Assembly (NCBI GenBank): GCA_963782115.1 | Contig: CAWAIK010000003.1 | Coordinates: 384,001-448,000 of the forward strand | Direction: 5' to 3' | DNA: 64,000 nt | From: an uncultured Verrucomicrobiae bacterium | GTDB taxonomy: Bacteria > Verrucomicrobiota > Verrucomicrobiia > Chthoniobacterales > JAFAMB01 | Shown here: one piece after another, positions 8,565 through 17,598 of the stretch | Layout: every line of letters begins with the position of its first letter | Numbering within the stretch: the stretch's first letter is position 1 | Notes under the pieces: generated by a model | Databases searched by the model: none | Told to the model about the DNA's origin: nothing | The model's input: the letters and a program-made list of their open reading frames with translations, nothing else | Translations under genes and position numbers: made by a program

Positions 8565-9839
8565 ATGCAGCAAGGAAAAAACTCTGGGTTCACGGGAACC
8601 GTCGAACGGCTGCAGCTACAAGACATCATTCAGATGGCTTGTCTTGCTGCAACTACCTCGACGATCGCAGCATTTCGCGGAAATCAGAAAGGATATCTCT
8701 ACATCAACCGTGGGTATCCGGTGCATGCTACTGCCGCCGGGCTAACCGGCCAGGCGGCCTTGAACGAACTGATTTCGTGGAGCGGCGGCAGGTTTGATTT
8801 GCGTCGTGGGATCCCGCCAAATTTACCGCGAACATTGTCGGGAAATCTTGATGCGATGCTGCTCGAAGCGATGCGTGTGTTGGATGAACAATCGCAGGGC
8901 GAGGCAGACGATGATCGAGCCGGAAAAGGCCAGGTGGAGCTCTCCCGAGGGAGCGCCGCCGCCGTTCTGGAGCTAATTTACGCGCGGCGCAGGCAGGAAC
9001 GTTGGTTGGCGAGAGCACGCAAGATTCTCCTTAATGTTGTAGGCCTCTCTTTAGGAATATTGGTTCTGTATTTCATCTTTCGAGGAGATCTGATACGGGA
9101 TCGATTGGCTAACGAGTTCCTGCCATATCTCAAGAGCTCTAGTGAGCGACTAGCGGGCAAATCGTATGGTCCGCCGGTCAAAGTCGAGGCAGGAGAATTT
9201 TTTTACCAAGATGGCGAGAGGAAAAGTTTGCCGGCCTATGACATTGATCCGGTAGAAGTCACGATCGCGCAATACGCCGAGTTTCTCGCGGCGGTAGGAT
9301 TGAGCACCGAGTACGATCACCCCAGTCAACCTGTGAATAAGGGTCATTCAAACCCGAAGTGGAGTGAACTCTATCAGGCAGCCGTTTCCGACCGGCTTTA
9401 CGAAGGAGCGCACCTCACACTCAATGATCCCGCCGTCTATGTCGATTGGTATGATGCATGGGCGTTCGCACAATGGAAACGTCGGCGCCTGCCCAGCGAG
9501 GAGGAATGGGAAAAAGCCGCTCGGGGAACCGACGGCCGGAGATTTCCGTGGGGATCGGAGGAAAAAGAAGGAGCTGCAAATATTTATGAGGGAGACGCCG
9601 CCAAAAAATGGTCTGAACCGACTGTCTTTCCTTTGGATCTCAGTGTTTATGGCGTTTACGATATGGCTGGAAATGTATCGGAGTGGACGGCAACGTTCGA
9701 TCCCACGAGTGGCCAACCGGTCGTCCGAGGGGGAAATTTCGGGAACTCGAGCGCAGATATCACTCGACGCGTTGTCAATCAACCTTGCATGACACAGAGC
9801 GATCGGATCGGTTTCCGAACGGTCGGGAGGAGACAATGA
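8565..9839 (+). CDS. DUF4388 + TM + FGE-sulfatase (SUMF1-like) domain protein
   Basis: N-terminal GFTGTVERLQLQDIIQM...ALNELISWSGGRF (DUF4388), one TM segment, then VDWYDAWAFA, RLPSEEEWEKAARG, FPWG, YDMAGNVSEW, RGG and IGFR (FGE-sulfatase). Confidence 0.85.
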   Translation: MQQGKNSGFTGTVERLQLQDIIQMACLAATTSTIAAFRGNQKGYLYINRGYPVHATAAGLTGQAALNELISWSGGRFDLRRGIPPNLPRTLSGNLDAMLLEAMRVLDEQSQGEADDDRAGKGQVELSRGSAAAVLELIYARRRQERWLARARKILLNVVGLSLGILVLYFIFRGDLIRDRLANEFLPYLKSSSERLAGKSYGPPVKVEAGEFFYQDGERKSLPAYDIDPVEVTIAQYAEFLAAVGLSTEYDHPSQPVNKGHSNPKWSELYQAAVSDRLYEGAHLTLNDPAVYVDWYDAWAFAQWKRRRLPSEEEWEKAARGTDGRRFPWGSEEKEGAANIYEGDAAKKWSEPTVFPLDLSVYGVYDMAGNVSEWTATFDPTSGQPVVRGGNFGNSSADITRRVVNQPCMTQSDRIGFRTVGRRQ

Positions 9840-9929
9840 AAAAAACGGCGCTTTTTTTCCTCTTTCAGAATGGATCCGCGCATGCCCCCTGGGAAGCTCC
9901 ACCTGGCCTGGTGTAGCTGCAAAATTTTG

Positions 9930-9963
9930 TTGACTTAACTTATTATAAAACGTTTTATATATT
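9930..9963 (+). promoter_or_regulatory. AT-rich promoter region with a perfect palindrome upstream of the pilin-pilT unit
   Basis: TTGACT at 9930-9935 and 16-bp perfect palindrome TATAAAACGTTTTATA at 9944-9959. Confidence 0.4.
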
Positions 9964-10074
9964 GCGTTGCTCTACCCACGATAAAACCGCGTCTGAAAAA
10001 GCATGGAAAGCCACGCCGTGCCACCCGACAACAATGCCAGGATCCTCCGCGCTTTACCCCTTTAGATTTGGCCC

Positions 10075-10248
10075 ATGCGCGTTGCCACAGGATTTAACGG
10101 AGGGGCGATGCTCATCAATTTTGCTGATAAGGTAGCCGAAATTGAAATAACGGGCTCTGCGCTAACAGAGGAAAATGTTCTGAAGGCGGCAGATTTGATT
10201 TGTTCCAATCTAATGCGACAGCTGTCCGAAAGGCTCGGACTGGAATAA
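10075..10248 (+). CDS. Small hypothetical protein (57 aa), below the ORF track cutoff
   Basis: MRVATGFNGGAMLINFADKVAEIEITGSALTEENVLKAADLICSNLMRQLSERLGLE. It ends 8 nt before the pilin ORF start. Confidence 0.35.
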   Translation: MRVATGFNGGAMLINFADKVAEIEITGSALTEENVLKAADLICSNLMRQLSERLGLE

Positions 10249-10256
10249 GTTGAACA

Positions 10257-10745
10257 ATGACGGCTCCCATTCCTAATTTGGGTAGATGGCGACTCAAGTG
10301 CTGCTTTCTTGATCTTGTAACCGCTTTGAAGCCGCCGCCCCAGCGCGCAAGTGTCGGTGGGTTCACGAAAAAACGAGTAACGCAGAGCTGGCAGAACAAA
10401 AGCAATAGGGGCTTCACCCTCCTTGAGATCCTCGTCGTCCTCGTCATTTGTGCTTTCGCCGCAGCTGCCATTTGTCTTGGCGTAACCCAAGCTATTAGCG
10501 ATAGCAAAGGCAGGGAATGTGCGGCTAATCTTGCGACCATCGAAGGCGCGAAGGACGAGTTTTCCCGAGATAATCCCGGCGTTGCGCTGACCACTCTGGA
10601 TCAACTGAAACCTTACTTGCGATACGGCGTACCAACATGTCCGGCAGGCGGCACCTACGCCAATATCCTCAATTCCAACCAGCCGTGCACCTGCAGTTTG
10701 GGCACTACTGGTAAGCCGGGATTTCACAGTCTCGCGCAACCCTAA
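10257..10745 (+). CDS. Type IV pilin (prepilin N-terminal cleavage/methylation domain); start uncertain
   Basis: NRG|FTLLEILVVLVICAF canonical motif with E5. C-terminal LKPYL..GVPTCPAGGTY...PCTCS. Confidence 0.85.
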   Translation: MTAPIPNLGRWRLKCCFLDLVTALKPPPQRASVGGFTKKRVTQSWQNKSNRGFTLLEILVVLVICAFAAAAICLGVTQAISDSKGRECAANLATIEGAKDEFSRDNPGVALTTLDQLKPYLRYGVPTCPAGGTYANILNSNQPCTCSLGTTGKPGFHSLAQP

Positions 10746-10779
10746 TCTTCGTAGCGCATCAAACGAGGGGCTTGAAACG

Positions 10780-11817
10780 ATGACAGAGGACTGGCAGAGA
10801 ATCGTCGAGTTCGTTCGGTTGAATATTGCCAGCGACGTTTACCTTAATAACTGTTCCGTTAAGGCAAGGGTCGACGGTAATGTCGTCCGGTTGAGTTCCC
10901 CCGAGGATTTTACTCGAGACACCTTTGAGCGACTTGTTCGATCGCTCCTCGCGGCCAGACCGGATTTGCTGCCAGCGCTGGAGACAGCGATGCCTTCGTT
11001 GGATTTTTCGACCGAGATGCATCAAATGCGTTTCCGCGTCAATATTGTGAGAGCTCGCGGCAAATTCTCAGTCTCGCTGCGCCCGCTTCCGGAAGATCCT
11101 CCAAGCGCGGAGAGTATCGGCCTACCAGAAAAGGTGACCAAGGCCATTACTAATGCACCGGCAGGTTTGGTCCTCGTCACGGGCGCGACCGGAAGCGGCA
11201 AGACAACGACTCTGGCGGCCATTCTCGAAACGATAAACCAGACGCGACGAGTAAAGATTATCACCATTGAGGATCCGATTGAGTTTATCTTTCATGAGAA
11301 ATTGGCGGATATTGCCCAGCGGGAGGTCGGAGTCGATTGCCCTTCCTTTCATGCTGGCGCGCGGGACGCCTGGCGGCAGAATCCCGACGTAATTTCCATT
11401 GCGGAAATAAGGGATCAGGAGACGGCGGTTGTAGCCCTGCAAGCCGCTGAAACTGGACACCTCGTGCTTGGGACGCTGCACGCGAACAGTGTTGAAGAGA
11501 CGCCGGAGCGTCTCTTGAAGTTGTTGCCTACAGACTTACGGGATAGAGCACGGGACGTTTTTGCAACCGTTCTGGTGGCGCTCTTGAGCCAGGTCCTTGT
11601 CCCGAAACGGGAGAACGGGCGCATCGCCCTGCGTGAAGTGCTACTTAACGACGGCGCGATTTTGGCGGTGCTCAAAAAGGGCAGCGATCATGAGCTGGAG
11701 CACTATATGCGTTCCGGTCGATCGAGAGGCATGATTGATCGCAAAACCCACCTTCAGAGCATGAGATCTCAGCTCGAACCGCGTGAATACGAGCGGTGGA
11801 TGCAGGCGCTCACTTGA
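10780..11817 (+). CDS. pilT: PilT/PilU family type IV pilus retraction ATPase
   Basis: Walker A GATGSGKTT, Asp box TIEDPIEF, QREVG, RQNPDVISIAEIRD and AAETGHLVLGTLHANS. Confidence 0.85.
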   Translation: MTEDWQRIVEFVRLNIASDVYLNNCSVKARVDGNVVRLSSPEDFTRDTFERLVRSLLAARPDLLPALETAMPSLDFSTEMHQMRFRVNIVRARGKFSVSLRPLPEDPPSAESIGLPEKVTKAITNAPAGLVLVTGATGSGKTTTLAAILETINQTRRVKIITIEDPIEFIFHEKLADIAQREVGVDCPSFHAGARDAWRQNPDVISIAEIRDQETAVVALQAAETGHLVLGTLHANSVEETPERLLKLLPTDLRDRARDVFATVLVALLSQVLVPKRENGRIALREVLLNDGAILAVLKKGSDHELEHYMRSGRSRGMIDRKTHLQSMRSQLEPREYERWMQALT

Positions 11818-12082
11818 CGGACGATTTCCCGGAGCCGACACTTTTTCTCCCTTAAGATCCTCGTCTCAAGAGGCCTTCCATCGCTATGCCTCAAGCGTTG
11901 GAACGCGAGGGCCTTTTCCTTAGCCACAAAAATCTCCTCTATCCTCCTCCTCGGCCGCCAAGGCAAAGTCAGGACATCGTCGCCCGTAATGAAACCTATG
12001 AAGTATTGTTAGATAACAGGACACCATATCTGAAGATTCCGGATACATCCAGGCAGCTGGGATAAAGCGTACTGTCATACCT

Positions 12083-12532
12083 ATGGGAATGTTTAATAAC
12101 CTGATGTCAAAGATATTCGGGCACGCAGGCGCAGCACCCCCTGCGACGCCCGCGCCTTCGAGCACGACGATCGAATCCGCGACAGCGCCCTCTGGAACAA
12201 CACCTGCCGCGTCCGCTGTTTCTCCGGCGACGGCCGCTCCTGCCGCAACTCCCGAGGCCGCCGCTGCACCGGTCGAAACTGTCGATGTAACCGCGATCCT
12301 CGATGGGCTGGCTGCAAAGAACGCAGAAAAGCTCGACTGGAAGAAATCGATCGTCGATCTGTTGAAACTTGTCGATATGGACAGCAGTCTTTCGGCCCGG
12401 AAGCAGTTAGCGAAGGAACTTCACTATCCGGGCGATGAAAACGACTCGGCCACGATGAACGTATGGCTTCATAAACAGGTTCTCAGAGAATTATCGGAGC
12501 ACGGCGGCAAGATCCCTCGGGAACTTCTTTAG
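12083..12532 (+). CDS. DUF3597 domain protein
   Basis: MGMFNNLMSKIFG, Ala/Pro linker, LDWKKSIVDLLKL, SSLSARKQLAKEL and MNVWLHKQVL. Confidence 0.85.
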   Translation: MGMFNNLMSKIFGHAGAAPPATPAPSSTTIESATAPSGTTPAASAVSPATAAPAATPEAAAAPVETVDVTAILDGLAAKNAEKLDWKKSIVDLLKLVDMDSSLSARKQLAKELHYPGDENDSATMNVWLHKQVLRELSEHGGKIPRELL

Positions 12533-12540
12533 ATCACAGT

Positions 12541-12811
12541 TTGCTAGCGAGGTCACCGGCATTCCTGGCGCGGAAATATCGATTGCTGTTCACATCGCTT
12601 TCACCATGGGACGATCTGGACACTCAATGCTTTGAATGCATCTGGTTGGACCGCCGCAGGCAAGCCGCAGATTATCCAGGGAGGCAAGAACGCGGGAACG
12701 CAGTTCATTCACGTGCGTGCCCCGGATGGAACCACAATCGAGTTGATGCAGCCGCCAAACACATCGGACCAGGATCAAACCACCCACCGGCTCCGAGGGA
12801 CTTCGGCCTAG
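12541..12811 (+). pseudogene. VOC/glyoxalase family remnant with internal deletion and frameshifts
   Basis: Stitching frames gives ASEVTGIPGAEISIAV|HIAFTM/DDLDT/LNASGWTAAGKPQIIQGGKNAGTQFIHVRAPDGTTIELMQPP. No start codon found. Confidence 0.65.
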
Positions 12812-12821
12812 ATTCGCAGTA

Positions 12822-13031
12822 TCAGCGATCCAACGTGAACCCCACCTTCACTGTCACCTGCCAATGCGCAACCTTGTTATTCTCGAGTTGGCCGCGCACC
12901 TCGGCGACTTCAAACCAACTCATATTGCGGATTGTTTTGCCAGCTCGGTTTATCGCGTTGTTCACTGCGTCTTCGATGCCATTCGGAGAGGAACCGACCA
13001 GCTCGATCTTTTTGTAGATGTGGTCACTCAT
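12822..13031 (-). CDS. Dodecin (flavin-binding)
   Basis: [15 protein letters not shown]...WFEVAEVRG...[12 protein letters not shown], 69 aa from the ATG at 13031. Confidence 0.92.
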   Translation of the reverse strand: MSDHIYKKIELVGSSPNGIEDAVNNAINRAGKTIRNMSWFEVAEVRGQLENNKVAHWQVTVKVGFTLDR

Positions 13032-13424
13032 GAAGGCATTAAATGCATCCCGGTAATGGCCAGCGAGCACATTCTGAGAATCGTGCTTTTTTGGCAATTG
13101 TTCCAATTGACGAATGCAGACCGTGGAGAATTCTCCACATTCTTTAGCCTGAACTTCAATCTGGCAATCGTCCGTTGAATGGCCTCTATCCGCCTTACTC
13201 AGAAACAAGCAACCGGCATGCGCCACAAGGCAATCGACGCACACCGGTCAAATGGAATTGATCCATTCATGTCCAAGGCAAAGCACCCCTTTGCCTGATA
13301 GCTTTGACGGGAATAAGCTCTGAAGCATCCACTTGATGGTTAGCTTAGGCAAATGATTGTGGATACCTTGAAACCGCCGTAGATCTCCAAAGGGCAAGAG
13401 ACGGAGCCGCGAACGATGTTCGGG

Positions 13425-15008
13425 CTATGAGCCGAGCGCCTTCCGCACACCGCGTTCTAATTCGATTGCCAATGGACGACATCCCATCCAGCCGACAAAT
13501 CCATCGGGGCGCAGCAGTGCGGCAGCGCCTCCAGAGACCTTCCACGAGCTCCAAAGCGACCCGTTCGAGGATGCGTCGCAGTAAGCATCGGGACGTCTGG
13601 GAGCTCTGTCGGATAATAGCAGCACGATCTTCAAATCGCAGATATTGGTGAAGTATTGCGCCACTTCAGCAACGTCCCAACTCGGCAACCTCCCGTCATC
13701 GAACAGTAGCAACACCGGTTGCGGACCCGCCAAATCCAGCAACCGCACGGAGCTGCCGTTCGGGGCGATCAAATCGCCGTCGGGGGCTCGACGCCCAATC
13801 CAAGCGCCTCTTCCGCTGACGAGCGGCGAGTGTCTGTAAGCGGTGTCGAACATGCCGATCTTTGGTGCGAAATGGGACATGATCCCCAGTCGCGGGCCGC
13901 TACGGAACAAAGCTCCAATGGCGTTTTGTACCAACCCAGGAGCGAAAAAACCGAATCGGGTGAGCAAATCGGTGTAACGATCCACGTTTTTGATAACCGC
14001 CTCGCGGCGCTCAGCCTCATAGGAAGCGAGAAGGGTCTCCGCATCCGCACCGGCAAGGACGCGGGCAAGTTTCCAAGCCAGATTGTGCGCGTCCTGGATG
14101 CCACTGTTCATTCCTTGGCCCCCCGCAGGACTATTGATGTGGCCGGCATCTCCGGCGAGGAGGATCCGCTCCTGCCGAAAGTGAGGACTCGTGCGACAAT
14201 GAATCTGGAAAACGCTGGACCAGAGATATTCGTAGGAACCAGCGCCAAAAAGTCGGTTAACTCGGCGGTCAATCGCAGAGCTCTGCACAGCTGCCTGCTC
14301 GGTTTCATTTTGCTCCAGTGTCGAAAGGATTCGCCAATGTTCGGCCTGGTAGCGTAAAGCTGCCAAAACTTGGCCTCGGGCAGGCGCCAAACGTGGCCAG
14401 GGAAGTTGGTCCCTCTCATCCCGAATGCGGATGTCGGCCAGCAGCACACGGGTCGGATAAGTTTTCCCCTGCAGCTCCCATCCTAGAGATCCGCGCACCG
14501 CGCTGTGCGCACCGTCGCAACCGATGAGATATTTACCACGATAAGTCTGAGCCGCGCCGTCAGGTCCCGCAACCTCTACCGAAACGCCGTCGCTATCTTG
14601 CTCGAAGCTCACTGCTTTGTGCCCAGGAAGCATCTCTGTCAGGCCCGCGGCTCTCACCGCTTCCAGCAGCAAGGATTCTGAGCGATTCTGCGGCAAGATC
14701 AAAATCCCAGGCACGGCACTGAGTCGTGCAAACACGCCCAGGTCCACTTCTGCCACAGGTTTAGTCTGACCGACGACCCAGAAATCGACTTTTGTGCGCA
14801 GTACACCTTCCGAAATAAATCGCTCATAAATTCCCCAGGCGCGAAAAATTTCCAGGGTGCGTGGCAGAATGCCCAGCGCGCGGGAATGCGGATCGATCTC
14901 AGATTTTGCCTCAAAAAGCGTCGAGCGCACGCCGCAGCGCGCCAGGCCCAGCGCAAGAGACAACCCCACAGGACCTCCTCCTACAATGAGAATTGGTATT
15001 TCATTCAT
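13425..15008 (-). CDS. FAD-dependent monooxygenase (aromatic hydroxylase family)
   Basis: IVGGGPVGL, LIGCDGAHSAVR, LAGDAGHINSPAGGQGMNSGIQDAHNLAWKL and C-terminal LLRPDGFVGW. Confidence 0.92.
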   Translation of the reverse strand: MNEIPILIVGGGPVGLSLALGLARCGVRSTLFEAKSEIDPHSRALGILPRTLEIFRAWGIYERFISEGVLRTKVDFWVVGQTKPVAEVDLGVFARLSAVPGILILPQNRSESLLLEAVRAAGLTEMLPGHKAVSFEQDSDGVSVEVAGPDGAAQTYRGKYLIGCDGAHSAVRGSLGWELQGKTYPTRVLLADIRIRDERDQLPWPRLAPARGQVLAALRYQAEHWRILSTLEQNETEQAAVQSSAIDRRVNRLFGAGSYEYLWSSVFQIHCRTSPHFRQERILLAGDAGHINSPAGGQGMNSGIQDAHNLAWKLARVLAGADAETLLASYEAERREAVIKNVDRYTDLLTRFGFFAPGLVQNAIGALFRSGPRLGIMSHFAPKIGMFDTAYRHSPLVSGRGAWIGRRAPDGDLIAPNGSSVRLLDLAGPQPVLLLFDDGRLPSWDVAEVAQYFTNICDLKIVLLLSDRAPRRPDAYCDASSNGSLWSSWKVSGGAAALLRPDGFVGWMGCRPLAIELERGVRKALGS

Positions 15009-15215
15009 GACTGAATCGGTTTGCAAGGGAACGGCTGCTAACTGCGGGGGTGACCCTGGTTGGCAGCAATACAGTTGCTCATTCAATTCGGCGAGCGTTT
15101 TTGGGTGACAGAGATTTAACTAACCATGAAACAGTGGAGAGTTATCTCCAACAGATTTTTTTATGAGATAAGCGATCCACTGCTAAGCGATTCGGACAAA
15201 CTACCAGCGCCTTTC

Positions 15216-15670
15216 ATGAATTCCGCCGCTTGGGCCTCTACTGTCTCGGGCATTGGCCTGCTCGGGCTGGTGGCCCTGGACATTTATCGCACCATTCTGG
15301 ATTCGCGCGGACGCTCGAGACCAATCACCGAAACGCTCACCCGCGGCGCGTGGCGTTTGATGCGGGCCATTGCCTTCCGTCGTTCGCGCCCGGGCCGCAA
15401 CGGGCTGCTCAACCACGTCGGGCCGCTGCTCTTGCCCGGGATCGTCGCAACGTTGGTAGTGTTGCTCATCCTCGGGTACGCTTTGAGGACATTTTGCGCC
15501 AGTTGCGGCGCGCGGGCGTACGCCTGCCGGCTGACCAAGAGGCGGGCTGGTGCGAATATCGCCACCGCCGTCACGGCTGGGAACTGCAGCTGGTCGCGTT
15601 CGCCTTGTATTTAGGCTACGACTGGGACAAGATCACCGGCGACGACAATCTGCGCCTGGCAGCCGAATAG
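15216..15670 (+). pseudogene. Ion (potassium) channel family remnant with internal deletion
   Basis: The N-terminal part (LVALDIYRTIL...GPLLLPG...LLILGYAL) joins out of frame near 15483 to a C-terminal part (LRQLRRAGV...EYRHRRHGWELQLVAFALYLGYDW). The pore region is absent. Confidence 0.55.
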
Positions 15671-15743
15671 AGGCACACTGCACTGGAACTAGATTCGGCG
15701 TAAGACTGGTTTACATCCGAAATTCGCGCGTGAACTGTTTCAT

Positions 15744-15983
15744 ATGCGAAAACGAATCGAACTGGCGGCAGGATTCATCCTGGTAGCAATCATGATCTTA
15801 CTCGGTTCCTGCCAAAGCGGACGAACTTCCACCAAGAACGCAGAGCTCACTGATCCAAACACCGTCTTTGCTCAGGGTGGTGCGCACACAAATTCCGCTG
15901 CTAGAACAACTATCGGTACTTCATCTCGCAGAGGAAGGGCTACTGCCGGAGAGTCTGATGCGTCCAGTTCGCCTGGATACTGA
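15744..15983 (+). CDS. Small putative lipoprotein
   Basis: Basic N-terminus, hydrophobic stretch and LLGS-C lipobox-like motif. Confidence 0.5.
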   Translation: MRKRIELAAGFILVAIMILLGSCQSGRTSTKNAELTDPNTVFAQGGAHTNSAARTTIGTSSRRGRATAGESDASSSPGY

Positions 15984-16157
15984 AAACACATTTCCGAGTA
16001 GATTGCGGAAATTGTCTCGCCCTCGCGATCGGGTTGCATCTAGCTCTCCAACATGAGCCAAAGCGTTGAACTGAACGCTGAGGGGACGACACTCAGTTGA
16101 TTTTGGTGGCGGTTCGCGTCAACCGGGCGATATTGATACAACAGAGGAATAGATGTT

Positions 16158-16664
16158 ATGAAATTGCATTTTCTCCTCGCCGGGGCGGTCGCTATCGGTC
16201 TACTGATTTCGGCACCCGATTCGATGGCTCACGGCGGCGGCGGCGGAAGCGGCCACGGCGGTTCAAGTTTCCATGGCGGCTTTCATTCTGGCGGCTTCCA
16301 CGGTCGTGGTGAGCGCCATTTCTTTCGTGGTCGTTTTTTCGGTCCGGGGTTCGCCTTTTATGGATACCCATACCCCTGGTGGGGTTGGTGGGGATGGGAC
16401 TATCCCTATTATCCTTACTACGGATACGACGCATATTATGGCGGCTCCGACAGCGCCTCCTACGAAGGCAACCAACAATCCCAATTCTCCTCCACCAGAG
16501 CGGTCCAAGCGGCACTGGCGTGGCGCGGCTACTATAGCGGCCGGATTGATGGCGTGATGGGGCCTGAGACCGCTACGGCGATCCGATCGTTCCAGGCGCA
16601 TCAAGGTCTGCCGGTAACCGGCCAGATTGACAGTGGGCTGATGGATGCGTTGCGGCAACGTTGA
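16158..16664 (+). CDS. Secreted Gly/His/Tyr-rich protein with C-terminal peptidoglycan-binding domain
   Basis: Signal peptide, and VQAALAWRGYYSGRIDGVMGPETATAIRSFQAHQGLPVTG (PG_binding_1). Confidence 0.88.
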   Translation: MKLHFLLAGAVAIGLLISAPDSMAHGGGGGSGHGGSSFHGGFHSGGFHGRGERHFFRGRFFGPGFAFYGYPYPWWGWWGWDYPYYPYYGYDAYYGGSDSASYEGNQQSQFSSTRAVQAALAWRGYYSGRIDGVMGPETATAIRSFQAHQGLPVTGQIDSGLMDALRQR

Positions 16665-16893
16665 GCATCGGGCGACGATAGGACAGCGCAGCCTTTGACA
16701 TTGCATTCGCGACCCGGAGAATCTGCCAAACAGGATCATAGATTGGTCGGGTCCGCGACATCTGATGTCCTGGTTTCGGCCGAGGGGTTTTTTGTCCGGG
16801 CGAAGCTGAATCCAGGTGCCGGCGGTGTTCCCTGACTTTCAAGAGCTCGAAAAGGGGTGCAGAAGCGATAGATAGGTATAATGAGAAACCGGT

Positions 16894-17571
16894 ATGATCT
16901 GTTTCGACATTCTGTCGCTCTTTCCGAAGCTCTGCGCGGGGGCCTTCACGGAAGGCATTCTGAAGAAGGCCCAGGAAAACCGTCTGATTCAGGTCAGGTG
17001 CCTGAATATACGGGATTGGGCTTCCGACAAACATCATGTGACCGATGAACCGCCGTACGGGGGAGGACCTGGAATGGTCATGAAACCGGAACCGATTTTC
17101 GCGGCCGTCGAATCAATCCGAACCGAGCGTTCGCACGTGATCCTGATGACCCCGGGGGGGCGCCGGTTTACTCAAGAAGTCGCTTCGGCACTCAGCCAGC
17201 AAAAGCACCTGATATTCGTTTGTGGCCACTACGAAGGAATTGATCACCGGGTCACCGAATATCTGGTGAATGAGGAACTCTCGATTGGCGATTACGTACT
17301 CTCGAATGGTGCGATAGCGGCCGCCGTGGTTGTCGATGCGGTCGCCCGATTGATCCCTGGTGTGCTCGGAGACTGCGATTCGGCCCGAGATGAATCGTTT
17401 TCATCTGGAACCTTGGAATATCCACAGTATACACGGCCGCACGAATTCCGTGGCTGGAACGTCCCGGAAATCCTGCTCTCAGGCAATCATCGTGCGATTC
17501 GTGAGTGGCGAGAAAATCAGGCCCGTCAAAAAACAAGGGAACGGCGTCCGGACCTGCTGGAGGGTTCCTGA
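16894..17571 (+). CDS. trmD: tRNA (guanine37-N1)-methyltransferase
   Basis: PPYGGGPGMVMKPEP, CGHYEGID, SIGDYVLSNG, LEYPQYTRP and LLSGNH. Confidence 0.96.
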   Translation: MICFDILSLFPKLCAGAFTEGILKKAQENRLIQVRCLNIRDWASDKHHVTDEPPYGGGPGMVMKPEPIFAAVESIRTERSHVILMTPGGRRFTQEVASALSQQKHLIFVCGHYEGIDHRVTEYLVNEELSIGDYVLSNGAIAAAVVVDAVARLIPGVLGDCDSARDESFSSGTLEYPQYTRPHEFRGWNVPEILLSGNHRAIREWRENQARQKTRERRPDLLEGS

Positions 17572-17598
17572 TCGGGCCTGCGCTCAGCTCAACCCGAG

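Noticed and set aside
9660..9839. Diversity-generating retroelement target (FGE/CLec C-terminus ending IGFR)
   Set aside because: No template repeat differing at adenines and no reverse transcriptase in the window.
10062..10739. 225-aa minus-strand ORF, and the many other long antisense ORFs over secA, hrpB, tgt and the DEAD-box gene
   Set aside because: They are shadow frames of well-supported genes on the opposite strand.
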